A DNA stretch of 64,000 nt from Thelocarpon superellum (lineage: Eukaryota), in NCBI GenBank assembly GCA_026025795.1, contig JAPEUG010000051.1, positions 1 through 64,000 of the forward strand, written 5' to 3'. This document shows positions 37,320-51,964 of the stretch, one piece after another. The translations under genes were made by a program, and so were the position numbers. The notes under the pieces were generated by a model that was given only the letters and a program-made list of their open reading frames with translations, was not told the DNA's origin and searched no databases. The stretch's first letter is position 1. Each line of letters starts with the position of its first letter.

Positions 37320-38687
37320 ATGAAGGCCATTCAGGCGGTCAGCTTCGTAACGCTACTTTCATGTACCTGGGTTTCGTCCACGCTGGCACTGAACATCCTC
37401 GTCACCAACGACGACGGATTTGGGTCCGCCAACATCCGGGAGTTTTACAAAGCGTTGAATGCCGCTGGCCATAACGCGTGGATTGTTGCTCCCGTGGTTG
37501 ACAACTCGGGCAAAGGTGGAACCGTGAGTGGGAAGGCCCAGGCTGGTGTTGATTCGGTCGCTAATGCTGCTCCAGGTTGACTTTACCAGGGAGGCCAACT
37601 TGACCAGGAGCTCGATGTATAACCTCATTCCGTCCGGAGCTCCCTCGGTACGTGAATTGCGAGGTCCACAGCAGGCGTCCTGGATCCAGCAGTACTGACC
37701 TGTGATAGTTTGGAACGGATCCAAAAGACAGTCAGATCTGGTATTACAATGGAACACCGGCGGCCTGCACTTTTTTCGCTTTAGATTATGTGGTCAAGAA
37801 TTTCTGGAATGGCACGCAGCCGGACCTGCTTGTGTCGGGACCTAACGAGGGATCCAACCTGGGACCGTTTCTCTACACGCTCAGCGGAACGATGGGAGCT
37901 ACGTAGTAGGGCACTCGTTCTTGGGTGATATTGGCACGCATCGCTGACTCGTGAACAGTGCGGCCGTAGCCCGAGGCATCCCCGCCATTGCCTTTTCCGC
38001 CATGGACGGTACCAAACGTAGTTATACCTACGTCAACGCGTCTGCGCCGGGTGGCAAGGACCCAGCGACCATCACCGGCGAGCTTGGCGTTCAACTCGTG
38101 AATCAGCTTGCGTCCAGCGCCAACGGTGGTCGGCTTTTACCCCTAGGATACGGGTTGAGGTGGGCATCTCTCCGGAGCTTCCTGACCAAAGACTGAAGTG
38201 TTTCTACAGCGTCAACTACCCTGAGATCACCTCTTTGAAAGATGACAGCTGCATCAAACCCCCCTTTATCAATTCCCGCCTCACGGGCATGGCGGAGACG
38301 GACACGGCGGCCTATAATGCAAGCACGGGGCTCTTCACGTATCAATCGAGCGACAACTTCGAGGGCGACAATGTCTGTCTGAATGGAAACTGCACCCTAC
38401 CAGGCGAGACGGATGTGGTCAAGACGTGTCAAACGGCCATGTCTGTCTTTACGATCGACTACGACGCCCCGACGTGCCAAGGATCACAACCAGTGCGAGA
38501 GTTGACGATGCCTCTGGTGCGATACTCCACCAACGAAAGTGGAAACACAAAGGACATTCCGGCCGGAACGACCATCGGCGACGTTCCTTCGTCGTCGCCA
38601 ACGCCTAAGAGTGGGGGTCATGGAGTGGTGGTCCCTTCGACCTTTTCATTCTTGGGCTTGTTCTGTGCCCTTTTTTCCCTGGTTTAG
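37320..38687 (+). CDS. Secreted SurE-family acid phosphatase/5'-nucleotidase, probably GPI-anchored
   Basis: Signal peptide, then LNILVTNDDG, WYYNGTPAAC, PDLLVSGPNEGSNLGPFLYTLSGTMGA and GIPAIAFS. Ser-rich linker and hydrophobic C-terminus. About 4 introns. Confidence 0.88.
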
Positions 38688-39089
38688 CTGCAGATGGACT
38701 GGGAGGAGTATGGGGGAACGGGAGCCTGGTTGCAAATTGGAGTGTAGGAATAGGAGTAACTGATAGTATGAAATTGTTTGAAGATGGCGGAAATGAGTGT
38801 ACAATTTTCATGCTGTTTTGGAGAAAGATCGAAGAGGAGAATTGTTCGTGACAGAAATACCTCCCCGTGAATTGTTCGAGTTGTAGGCAGGGCGGGACAG
38901 CCAGTGGACGAGACGACATCAGCATTCAGTGTAAGTGAACTATTCCAATGAAGTCGGCGTCCAACCCCGGAGTTCACCAACCACCCTCATCCACACCGTC
39001 TGAAGCCTTTGAAATCTTCGCCAAACCTACACACACATCATTCGGCTTTCAGATCAGGTACTCGTCGAGCAGAAAAGTTGCAAGTCCAA

Positions 39090-39838
39090 ATGGCAGACGA
39101 CATGAACATACCGCGATTAACGCCCCGCATGACCCGTGAGCAGCTCTCGTCTCTCCTACTCCGGTGGCAGGACCCGCAGACGCCCCAGCCACGTCTTGTG
39201 ATTATAGATGTACGCGATTCAGGTAGGAAGACGCGAGAACTGCTTCATCCTTACTCTGTCGCGCAGTTTCATATCACCCTTTGTCTATCCTCTGGCATCT
39301 CGCATCCACTTTCCATGTTGCCGCTCTCCTTCCCTGTCACTGACTCTACGAATCCATACAGATCACGTAGGAGGTCACATATCCACATCGCAGCACGTGC
39401 CCTCCTCGACATTCGACACCTACTTGCCCACCTTGGTGCGCACATGCCGCGACGCAGACATCGTCGTCTTCCACTGCGCCCTCAGTCAAGAGAGGGGCCC
39501 GAGGGCAGCGAAACGTTATCTAAACGCCGTGCGGGAATCGCAAGGGGTTGAGGGGTCAAAAAGTGTCAGAGACAGGAGTGGAGGTGAAGATAGGGACGGC
39601 GAGGTCAAGACGGTCGGAGAAGTCGAAGGGGGGAGAAAGAAACAAGAGGTTTTCGTTCTTGATGGTGGGTTTGTCAAGTGGCAGGAGCTGTGAGTTTCCC
39701 CTTCCCTTTCCCTTTCCCTTCCACACTCACCTATCACAATCTGCAATCCTGACAATTGTCGCCTCCTCTAGATACGGCGAAGATGATCGATTGACAGAAG
39801 CTTACGCCAAGGACATATGGCGGGATTTCGACTATTAG
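39090..39838 (+). CDS. Cdc25-like rhodanese phosphatase / arsenate reductase (Ibp1/Ych1/Acr2 family)
   Basis: IIDVRDS|DHVGGHI, active-site loop VVFHCALSQERGP (HCX5R), VLDGGFVKWQEL|YGEDDRLTEAY. Confidence 0.9.
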
Positions 39839-39962
39839 CCATTGAGCAGAGTGAACTTCGGCGACGAGATGGAAATATATACTACCGCTCACATTACGAG
39901 TACCCAAGAAACTTTCATCTTACAAGAACGTGCTGCCTGCAAGCACCTCCGGAAAGAACTCC

Positions 39963-40837
39963 TCACATCTTCGAGGGAACCCACTTCGGAGCCCTCTTCT
40001 CCACAAAGGCACGCAGGCCCTCCCTCATATTCTCGCCCGCCTCGAGCCTTCCAAACCACGTATCGACCAAGATGCGCGACGCATCCTCGGCCCCTACGCC
40101 TTCCCAGCCCAGCTTGACGCCCTCGCGACTCACAATGACCGCATCGGGGCTATTCTGCGCAACGAGCGCCGCCATCTCCACCGCGGCCTGGACCAGCACC
40201 GAGCTCTCTACCACGCGGTTCACCAAACCCCATTCCCTCGCCTCGGCCGCACCCAGCGTGCGCCCCGTCAGCGCCATCTCCATCGCGCGCTGCTTGCCCA
40301 CTGTGCGGACCAGGCGGGGTAACGCACCTGCAATGGCCACGACACCCCGCTTGACCTCCGGCAGCCCAAACGTCGCAGCGGATGAGGCCAACACGATGTC
40401 CGTGTTCACGACCATCTCCATCCCGCCGCCGAAGCAGATGCCGTTCACGGCGGCGATGAGGGGTTTTTTGCCGCCGCGGCGAGACACTCCGCCGAAGCCC
40501 GTTGACCGGCTGGGTCGGCTCTTCTTTTCGCTCTGCTGTGCGTTCCATTCTGGCTCCATTAGTTCCGTATAAGTAGGTGCAGGCAGAAGCCCGGGGACAC
40601 ACCCTTGAGATCGGCACCGGCGCAGAATGCCCGTCCGGTGCCCGTGAGGACCCCAACCCGCAAGCTGGGTTCATTGTCCAGCCAGCTCCATACGGCGTCG
40701 AGCTCTTCGTGCCCGGCCGTGTTGATGCAGTTGAGTGCCTTGGGCCGATTGAGCGTCACCAGGAGGATGTGGGGCGCGGGGAAAGATAGCACGGCGTACT
40801 TCGTGTGCGGTGGAGGCGTTGCCAATGATTCTGCCAT
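39963..40837 (-). CDS. Enoyl-CoA hydratase/isomerase (crotonase family) with PTS1-like SKM
   Basis: LNRPKALNCI, LTGTGRAFCAGADLK, KPLIAAVNGICFGGGMEM, FGLPEVKRG, EGLRAFVEKRAPKWVPSKM*. One intron. Confidence 0.92.
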
Positions 40838-41216
40838 GCTTGCTATGCCCTAAATCAGGTGCGTGTCTGATTAGGGAAAAAGAGAGACGGCCAGTTGTCT
40901 TGATTCGAGTCATGAGATGGCAGGCTCAGCTCGACCGACGTGCGGTGGAGCTCGATCTTGATTTACCTCGGCTGGGGGAATTGCCTAGAGTACGTTACTT
41001 CGTACTCCCGTACGGCGGGGCAGTTCGGTACCGAGAAACTCTGCCATTACAAGCTCCATAACCGCATTACTCCACCGCTGGTACTGGTGCGACGTAGAGC
41101 CCCACCTGAAGGCCACTCTCGCCTGTAATTTTCGACTAACATGGGGAAACAGTTTTGCAGCGAGCACCCCTAGCTCCTGACAGATGTACCCGTACAATAG
41201 TCCATCTCCATTCGAC

Positions 41217-42392
41217 TCATAGCTTGGAGCCCTGCACCTTTTTCACAATGATCTCCACCTTGGCAAACAGCGGATGAGACTCCTCAAGGCCCGTGACCTT
41301 GGCGGTCGCGTCTTTCGCGCTGTGTTCCTGCAAGATCTTGGCCAACGCTACACTCTCCTCGTCGCCCTCGACGTTCTGGAACAGGAAGGCCATTTCGATG
41401 GCGCCGAGGAGAGCTTCAACGCCATGACCGCGCTCCAACAACTCCGACGCCGGACCGACAAAACGCTCTCGTCGGCTGAGCTTGCGGAGCGGGGCACGGC
41501 CCACGCGCTCGACCACGTCTTCGAGGTGCGGATTGCTGATGCGCTTGATGATCTTCTCGACGTATGCTTTCTGCTCGCTGAGCTCGATGCCGTGCTTGTC
41601 GACGATCAGCGTTGTCGTCTCTTGCAGCGCCTTCTGCACCTCGTCATGGATGGCCGGGTCCGCCAGAGCGTCGTAGATGGTCTTCCGGCCACGGTTATGC
41701 CCATAGTATGCCGCCGCCGCGTGGCCCGTGTTGACGGTGAACAGCTTGCGCTCGATGTACGGCTTCAGGTCGGCGACCCACTTGACGCCCGGGATGTCGG
41801 GGTGCTCGTGGTCGTGGAAGGGCGCCTGCTCCACCACCCACTCGAAGAAAGACTCGATCTTGACGTTGAGCCCAGCATCGGGATCTTGGCCCGGCACGAT
41901 GCGGTCGATGGCGGAGTTGGCATATCGAGCACGTTCGTGGTGGTCCTCCAGACGGTGTTCGGGAGTATTGGTCGGGTGCTTGATGTGGCCGGCCAGCGTA
42001 TCCGTGGCCCCTATCGCGTTCTCGCACGCAATCACCGCCAGCGGCGTTGCGTTTGACGCCCGCCCGTCGATCCCTTTGGCGATGACGGGCGCGATGAACT
42101 TGAGGATATTGGGCCCGACGGCACAGGTAACGAGGTCGGCCGTGGTGATCTCCTTGATCACGTCGGTCTCGTGCGTCTTGGAGTTGATGGCGCGGTAGTT
42201 GGTGATCTCAAAGGTATGTTCCCCTTCGGCGCCGATCTCCGTGACCTTGTAGGAGGGGGTGGACTGGAGCGCGTTGATGATGGTCTCCATGACATCGGCA
42301 AAGACAACCTCATAGCCACCACGGTGCAGAAACTCGGCCACGAAGCCGCGGCCAATGTTACCCGCACCAAAGTGAACGGCCTTTTTGCCCAT
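41217..42392 (-). CDS. mpdA: Mannitol-1-phosphate 5-dehydrogenase
   Basis: [64 protein letters not shown]. Ends VQGSKL*. Confidence 0.96.
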   Translation of the reverse strand: MGKKAVHFGAGNIGRGFVAEFLHRGGYEVVFADVMETIINALQSTPSYKVTEIGAEGEHTFEITNYRAINSKTHETDVIKEITTADLVTCAVGPNILKFIAPVIAKGIDGRASNATPLAVIACENAIGATDTLAGHIKHPTNTPEHRLEDHHERARYANSAIDRIVPGQDPDAGLNVKIESFFEWVVEQAPFHDHEHPDIPGVKWVADLKPYIERKLFTVNTGHAAAAYYGHNRGRKTIYDALADPAIHDEVQKALQETTTLIVDKHGIELSEQKAYVEKIIKRISNPHLEDVVERVGRAPLRKLSRRERFVGPASELLERGHGVEALLGAIEMAFLFQNVEGDEESVALAKILQEHSAKDATAKVTGLEESHPLFAKVEIIVKKVQGSKL

Positions 42393-43404
42393 GATGAGCG
42401 CGTCTGGGACGTAGATGGAGTAGGATGTAGTGGGAGGGAAAATGCCCTGGAAGACCAAACTCAGCGGACGGAGAGTCAGCAGCAGACAGAGCGTCGTCGG
42501 TAGCAAATGCAGGCCAAACACTTCACAGCAAGGTATCGTGGAGAGGAGCAAGCGGAGGGGCAGTGCGTGCAATGCGGGGCATTCCGAGAGCCTCTCCGGA
42601 GCCTGCTGGATGGAGCGAAAGAATGCGGGGCATTGCGGGACACCAACGCGCGCGGGGACACCGGCGATACTTAGTCTCGTACAAGTTTACTCCGTAAGTT
42701 ACGGTGCATGATGTAACTGGAACTTTGTGTGCGATGCGGGAGTAGCTGGTGCAAAGAGTACTCGTGAAGAGTACTCGTACTACGGAGTCCTGGTGCTCTA
42801 ACTTACGGGAGCACCCGCCAAGCGACGTCATTGTCCGAAAGGTTTCCTTGGCCTATCCCCGACACTCGAGGGCCCGCCGTTTCCGTCACCTCTTCGACTT
42901 TTCTCGCATCGACAATGAATCTCACCTTTTTGACTTCTCTTGCATCGACCAGGGACCTCACCATCAGCCTTGGCCGACTGCTAGTCAAGAAGAGGAGCTG
43001 GAGGAGAAGTACTAGGGCTGCGAGCCAATGCCTATGATGAGTTCCACACATACGGTCGCAATTCCTGCGGCTCGCTCACAGACCATCGGAAACGTTTCTA
43101 GGCTTCAGTCACACTCGTGATTTGATAACCATGTGAATTCGCAATCAAAGCCACTTGTTCAGGCTACGTTGGGAACACTTGATTTCGGTCTACGATTGAC
43201 TGTCAGTTTACCGATGCCATGGTGAAGCCGTAGCGATTCCGTGGCCGCTTTGGTGTGTCGGATGCCCCGGGATAAGAGATTACGACTAGTCCTGAGGCCG
43301 AAAGAGCGGAGAAAAGCAGCTGCATGGAACCAAAGCATCATCCTCCATCCTCCATTCTCTCCCCCTGCGCCAATACGGACCTTCCAATAGGACTGCGCTC
43401 CGCC

Positions 43405-45056
43405 TTACGCCTTGCCAATCCACCCGCTATGCACAAAGAAGTCAAAGATCCGACCACACTTGTTGACATCGATCTGACGTGCACAATCCATGGTCAGAGT
43501 GGGTCAGGAAGCGGGGAGGAGAGGCACGGGCTTCCGCACCTTGCAGATCTCGCGTGCCGCCTTGCGCTTCAGGTTCCCGCCCTGTTTCATCGCCTCCTTC
43601 ATCAAGTGCTCCTTGATGACCAGATAGGGCTTGGGATAGATGCGCAGCGTACTGCATAGTTGTTGCTCCTCCTTGGTCAACAAGTGGAGGTCGTTGGCGT
43701 TCTCGTCGTCGAACTTGAGCGGCTGCACATTCGGCAGTGGCTGCACCACGTACTGTGGCTTGCCCGACAGCGGCGTCAGGGTGCCGTTAGCGTGCCCGCT
43801 GGAGAGGACGTGAGGGCCGTGGGCCCCGTTCGCCTGCAGGCGGATGGGGAGTTCGGGTGCCGTCAGCGAGGCCACCGCCGTCGGCGTGTCGACGGGCGGC
43901 GTGGGCTTGTTCATGCGCGAGACGGCCAGGCGGTCAACCTGACTCAACGTTGCCGCCTTCTGAAGCCGCTGTTGCTTCTCGGCCTCGTACCTCTCGCCGC
44001 TCTTGAAGTCGCCCAGACCCATCAGCCGCCATTCCTGGAGTTGGGCGATGGCCAGCCGGAGATTGTGCTCGTAGATCAGTCCCTTGCAAAATTCCTCAAA
44101 ATCTTGCCGGTTCATCATGCGCGCAAAGGGTTTGGCCTTGTTCAGCAGATCCCGCTCCTCCTTGCTCCGCTTCTTGTCCATGGCCGCATTCTTGCGGTAC
44201 TCAAGCAGGTTGTGCTGTAAGATGACGTTCTTCCGCTCCACCCGCGACGTCAGGCGCGAGTTGTAAATGTCCATGACCGCGAGCTTCAACTCCATCTCTG
44301 GCTCCAGCTCGCCCGTGCGCGGGTTGATGCCATCGCCCGGATCAAACTGCATGTGCTGCACCGCCTCCTCGGCCTCGTTGGCGTACTCCGTCTCAAACTC
44401 CAAGCGCCCGGGCATGTAACCGGCCACCTCGTGGCATGCCGGCACACTGGCCGTCGGCTTTTGCTTGGATACGCTCGACGGCGCCGTCTTGTTGGCCTCT
44501 TTGCGTTCGGCGATGCGCCGCTTCTTCCGTGCCTGAAACTCATCTCGCGTCGCGAGCAGGCTCCGATCATTCGGGCTGGCGAGGAGCGGGAGAGGAAAGT
44601 CGGGACTGTTGACGTAGGTGTCGACGTAGTGCTGACACACTTCTTCCTTGGTCCGGTAGCCCCCGATGTGGTCGGCGATGTCGGCCCACGACCCGAGACC
44701 GTACGTCTCCGCTCCCTCGAGAATGAGTAACTCCTCGTCCGCACCCCAGTCCGGGGTAAAGATGGGGATGGAGTGTTGCTCGATGACCGAGTAAGGATGC
44801 GTGGCCGGGTCATGTTCGCGGCTGGTCTCGCCGCCGGCAAAACATGGCACGCACAGATCGTATTCGTTGCACGTCGGATGCGCACACCGAATCCGTACCT
44901 GCTCGCGGGAGCTCGTCAGCTTGCCTCCGCGGGCGCATCCGTCCATGGCCAGATACGACCTACCGTGGACGTGATATCGGCCGAGCATCCATCACAGACG
45001 TATTTGACCCCTCCTTCGGTGCCCCGGGTGGCCGTCTTCTTCTTGATGACCCCCAT
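43405..45056 (-). CDS. ADA2: SAGA/ADA complex transcriptional adaptor Ada2
   Basis: ZZ finger ([33 protein letters not shown]), SANT domain ([29 protein letters not shown]), [23 protein letters not shown] end [19 protein letters not shown]. Confidence 0.95.
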
Positions 45057-46020
45057 GATCGACACAGCGGCGTTCCCGACGCGTGGTAATCATGTATGAG
45101 CTGGGCACCACGTCAAGACCATGAAAGCGTACAAGAGGAGCGCAGCGCGGCGCGACAGTAGGTCGGAGTCCACTGCAGGTCGGAGCGAGCCCGGTGGCAG
45201 TGAATGGAGCCACGCGTGCTCAGCGAGCGTCACTTTTCTCAACGTTCGCCATCGCCATGAGAGAATTGATAGGGATGTGTCGGGAGCGATCCGTGAGACG
45301 AAGCTAGAATGGCCGAGCCAATCATCGGCCGCGCTAGGCCGCGCCAGAGTGCCAATACGGGGTGCTGTACGCTACGTGGGTCCGCACCTTCACGCTTGCT
45401 TACCACTCTCGCATCTGCATAGTAAAACCACGGCGCTGGTGTGAGTGATCTCCGATATCACGTGCCATCGATCCCATCCTTGGCTGGCCCCACAGAAGCG
45501 AGGCGCAGCCCAAGATGGCGGCCCGTGGTCCCCCGCGGCACCGTAGTACCCTGACCCACCTGTGGCTGTGGTGTGCAGTGGTGCAGTGGTGTGGGGGGAA
45601 GTGGAGAGTAATCCTCCGACGGACGACCTCGACCAAGCATTGAATTGGTGATTGTGTTCACACAACGTCACCGTCAACTCCCTCGTGCCACTGCTCCGAC
45701 TGCCACCTCCTCTTCCATCACGATCCTTCATCCTAGCCCTCATCTCGACCAACGCTTTCCTTCCCCCTCCCCCAACCCATCACTCCCGTCCGTGCACTCC
45801 TGGGTGTTCCTCATCGCCACTCTAGCTGGCCTCGACGTGGCAGACTCCACGCATCCTTTCCCGACGTCAATCGACCACTCATCTGGGGAATGCACCTTCG
45901 AGCCACCCGAGTGTCTCACGCCGGAGTCTGTTGAGCCCCAGCATTCTTCGCTCCCCCCGGAGCTGCGACCGACGGGCCTCGTAGTGACACCGCGAGGAGC
46001 TCCCGACGCCCGTCGCCATC

Positions 46021-48242
46021 ATGTCGTGGAAGCTGACAAAAAGTATGTGATGCTCCTTGATCCTCACGCTCACTTCCATGGGTGATCCATCGTGCCGTGT
46101 GCTATTGGTGGTCGAGCTCGCCCAGATGTAGCGTTGCTGAACGGGCCAAAGCTGACTCCATAATAGAGCTCAAGGATACGCATCTTGCACCTCTGGCTAA
46201 TACCTTCAACCGATCCTCGTCCACCTCCACTATCACTCCCGTTGACGCGTCCAAGGATAGTCTCAACAGCAGCAGTACTAGCGACAATGGCATTGGTGGG
46301 TCACCTCTTTCGAATGACGGTCTGGCCGGGCCGGGTGCTGACCTCATCACAGCCGCGTCAGAGGCCAATGCGTCCCCGCCCGCGGCCCCGGTGAAGCCGG
46401 GGATCCTCATCGTCACGCTCCACGAGGGCAAAGGCTTCTCGCTGCCGCCGGAGTACCAAGCCCGCCCGCCGTCATCATCGCAGCCGCAGGGCTCGTTAGC
46501 GGCCGGCGGCGGCGGCGGCTTCTCCGTCTCGGGCTCGCTACGTGGCCCACCATCCATGGCGCCCAGCCACACGGGCGTATCTTCCTCGCTTTCAAGTTCC
46601 ACAACCCTCGGCTCCAACACTGGCACCGGCGGCATCAATGCTGTGCCCACCAATCATGGCCGCTATTCCTCCAAGTATCTCCCCTACGCCCTGCTCGACT
46701 TTGACAAGCTCCAGGTATTCGTCAACGCGGTGTCGGGCTCGCCGGAGAATCCCCTCTGGGCTGGTGACAACACGGCCTACAAGTTCGATGTGTCGCGCGT
46801 GACGGAGCTATCGGTGCAGATCTATCTGCGGAACCCTAGTGCCTCGCCCGGATCGGGCCGCAACGAAGACATCTTCTTGGGCGTGTGCCGGGTGAACCCG
46901 CGATTCGAAGAGTCCAAGCCCTTCGTGGAAGACCCCAAGAGCAGCAAGAAGGATAAGGAGAAGGCGGCCGCGGCCTTTGCCCAGCAAGAGCGCACTCGCG
47001 GACAGATCGGATCGGAGTGGCTGGAGGTGTCGTATGGCACGGGACAGCTGAAGATCGGGGTCGAGTACGTGGAGAACCGAGCGCGCGCGCTGAAGATCGA
47101 GGACTTTGAGCTGCTCAAGGTCGTGGGCAAGGGCAGTTTCGGCAAGGTCATGCAGGTCATGAAGCACGACACCCACCGCATCTACGCCCTGAAGACCATC
47201 CGTAAAGCGCACATCATCTCGCGGTCGGAAGTGGCGCACACGTTGGCGGAACGCTCGGTCCTGGCGCAGATCAACAACCCCTTCATCGTGCCCTTGAAAT
47301 TCTCCTTCCAGTCCCCCGAGAAGCTCTACTTGGTCCTGGCCTTTGTCAACGGCGGCGAGCTCTTCCACCATCTTCAAAAGGAGCAGCGCTTCGACATCAA
47401 CCGGGCTCGCTTCTACACGGCGGAGCTACTATGTGCCCTGGAGTGCCTGCACGGCTTCAACGTCATCTACCGCGACTTGAAGCCCGAGAACATCCTGCTC
47501 GACTACTCGGGTCACATCGCGCTGTGCGACTTTGGCCTCTGCAAGCTGGACATGAAGGACGAGGACCGGACGAACAGTGAGCTGTATGGATTCCTCTTGA
47601 AATCGATGCTGACCAATTGATAGCCTTCTGCGGCACGCCCGAGTACCTGGCCCCAGAGCTGCTCTTGGGTCAAGGCTACACCAAGACGGTGGATTGGTGG
47701 ACGTTAGGCGTGCTCTTGTACGAAATGCTTACGGGGCTTCCGCCCTTCTACGACGAGAACACGAACGAGATGTACCGCAAGATCCTCTCGGAGCCCCTAC
47801 ACTTCCCCGGACCCGAAGTGGTGCCCCCGGCGGCGAAAGATCTTCTTACCCGTCTACTCGATCGGAACCCGCAGCGACGCATGGGCTTTAACGGCGCGTC
47901 GGAGATCAAAGCGCACAACTTCTTTCATGCCATCGACTGGCGCAAGCTGCTCCAGCGCAAATACGAGCCAACCTTCAAACCCGACGTGGTATGTCTGCTG
48001 GCTGCACTCCGTGACTTGATGGTCACGCTAATCCTGACGTGTAGGCTGATGCCCTGGACACGGCCAACTTTGACCGTGAGTTCACCTCGGAGGCGCCGAC
48101 CGATTCCTTCGTCGAGGGCCCCATGCTCTCACAGACGATGCAGCAGCAGTTTGCGGGCTGGTCGTACAATCGCCCCGTCGCCGGGCTGGGTGACGGTGGT
48201 GGGAGCGTCAAAGATCCCGCGTTTGGTAGCGTGAGCGGGTAG
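46021..48242 (+). CDS. YPK1: AGC-family Ser/Thr kinase Ypk1/Gad8
   Basis: MSWKLTKK|LKDTHL, C2-like region, GKGSFGKV, YRDLKPEN, DFG, FCGTPEYLAPE, hydrophobic motif QQQFAGWSY. 3 introns. Confidence 0.96.
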
Positions 48243-49307
48243 CTACCCGGTCAGTCCACGTGCGAGAGATAGACATGACGAAGATGACGATGCACTACAC
48301 TGCGAGGCATGATGGACAGGAGCACTTCAAATGGGGTCGGAGGTGACGGTGAATGGGAATAGTTTGCAGCAGATCTCCACACACCAATGCCGGGACGTGC
48401 CGCACTCTGGGCACTGGCGTCTACCAGCGGCGTCACCTCTCAGGTAGTAGCGAGCGAGATCAAAATACAACGTGTCGGCGTGTCGGCGTGCGTTGTACAG
48501 CTCGATCGATGTAATGCCAGATGGGAGCCACGTCCCTTGCCCTGTCTAGGTCGTTACTTGGTAGCGGATCAGTGCGACCAGAGAACAGCACAACCAACGG
48601 TCATCTGCGTGAGAAGACGACAAAGCGTCATTCGCTGCCTGCGTTCCTCAGTACGAGTATGGCCGCACACCCGTCAAACTACAATGTGAACCAACTTCGT
48701 GTCTTTGCCGCACATTTCTGGGCTCGCCGCGCTCATCAGCATGCGAGAGGCAGGTATTTCTGCGGCTCTCTTCCCGAGTAATCTTGGCGTGCTTACGCTC
48801 GAAAGAGCCAAGTTCCGCTGTTTTTGAATGGGAGTACCGTAGGGCAAAGGAACGGGCCTCGCACGAGAGACCGGAGGTATTGCGCGGATGCATGAGCGAC
48901 GACGGGTCAACGCCACGGCGTAAATGACGCTAATGGTGGGGCTGTTGGGCGGAACGACAAGACTTGACGGGACCAAAGCGACAGCGAAGGGAGTGGACTA
49001 GGCCTCCGAAGCTGCCGAGTCGAACCCCTCCATCACCACGTCACATGCAGTCACCGTGCGGTGCTGGCAGTGGCAGGCCAAACAGTCCCCGTTAATCATC
49101 GCTGACGCACTTCTTTCTCAGCAACAGCTCTTCGCTCGCTCCCTCCCCGCCCGCCTCAGCTCAATTTCTCCTCTCCCCCACTCCCTCCAGTTGAGCCCTC
49201 GACGTGCCATTGAAAGCTCGTAGCTCGCACTCGAAGCTTCATACACTTCTTGCTCCTTATCTCCACCTTCACGCCACCAGAGCCCAAAGCCACACTCGAT
49301 CCTTACG

Positions 49308-51208
<1,901 letters not shown>

Positions 51209-51812
51209 GGTCGTTCTGGGAGCGAGCCGATGAAAAAAAGACTGGTGCTGGAGAAATGGGGTTGATAAGGAGATCCAAGTACGGGAGGAGGTAGTAAGGT
51301 GGCAATCCGAGCATATCAAGATATGACATATCGAGGGTCGTACTCGGTACTTAAGAAGAGGAAGCAGAATGCGAGTGAGAAGACGTGTGTCTACTCAAAC
51401 ACAGATTCAGATTCAATTTCAGATGTAGATTGGACCGTCTCTTCTTTTCTCTTTCTACCTTCCTACCTACCTATCTACGGGGAACGGGATAGCTACACGA
51501 TTGTTCCATGAATGTCCACAGTGCTATGTTCAGTGGCGGTGATGAAACTGACCACCGAGGCCCAATCAAACGGGTCAGCGTCATCCGCGGGTGGGGACGC
51601 TGGTGCTTCAGGTAGTGGTGGGCCATACTGGCTGGGCTCGGCGCTCCCCAAAGGCCACAAAGATTGCATGCATGCAATGAGTATGGTAGACGGAGTAGAC
51701 TCGATTACACTTCTGTGTTGTTTCTCTCTCTTCTCTCCTCTCTCTTCTTTCTTTCGTGCTCGCTCGCTCGATACTCGCTGGTACGCTGACTCACTTGCTT
51801 CCTCCCTTCCTG

Positions 51813-51902
51813 CTTCCCTCCCTACCTCGTTTCATCGCTCCGTCATTCCATTCTCCCTCCCCACTTCCCTCCCTACCTCGTTTCATCGCTCCGTCATTCC
51901 AT
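51813..51902. repeat. About 39-bp direct repeat, two copies with 51-bp period
   Basis: cttccctccctacctcgtttcatcgctccgtcattccat at 51813 and 51864, in the convergent 3' region. Confidence 0.85.
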
Positions 51903-51964
51903 CCTCGTCAATCCATCATTGAGTCAATCCAGCAAATTCAGTAAACCATTCAAATCAAATCAAA

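Noticed and set aside
42887..42950. Imperfect 36-bp-period duplication (cacctYttYgacttYtctYgcatcgac)
   Set aside because: Only two degenerate copies in an intergenic region. Not a CRISPR array or a recognisable element.
48680..48900. Several inverted repeats (e.g. GGCTCT..AGAGCC at 48764-48809) upstream of PGI, suggesting a structured RNA
   Set aside because: The stems are bulged and could arise by chance. No U-snRNA, SRP, RNase P/MRP or snoRNA box motifs could be matched.
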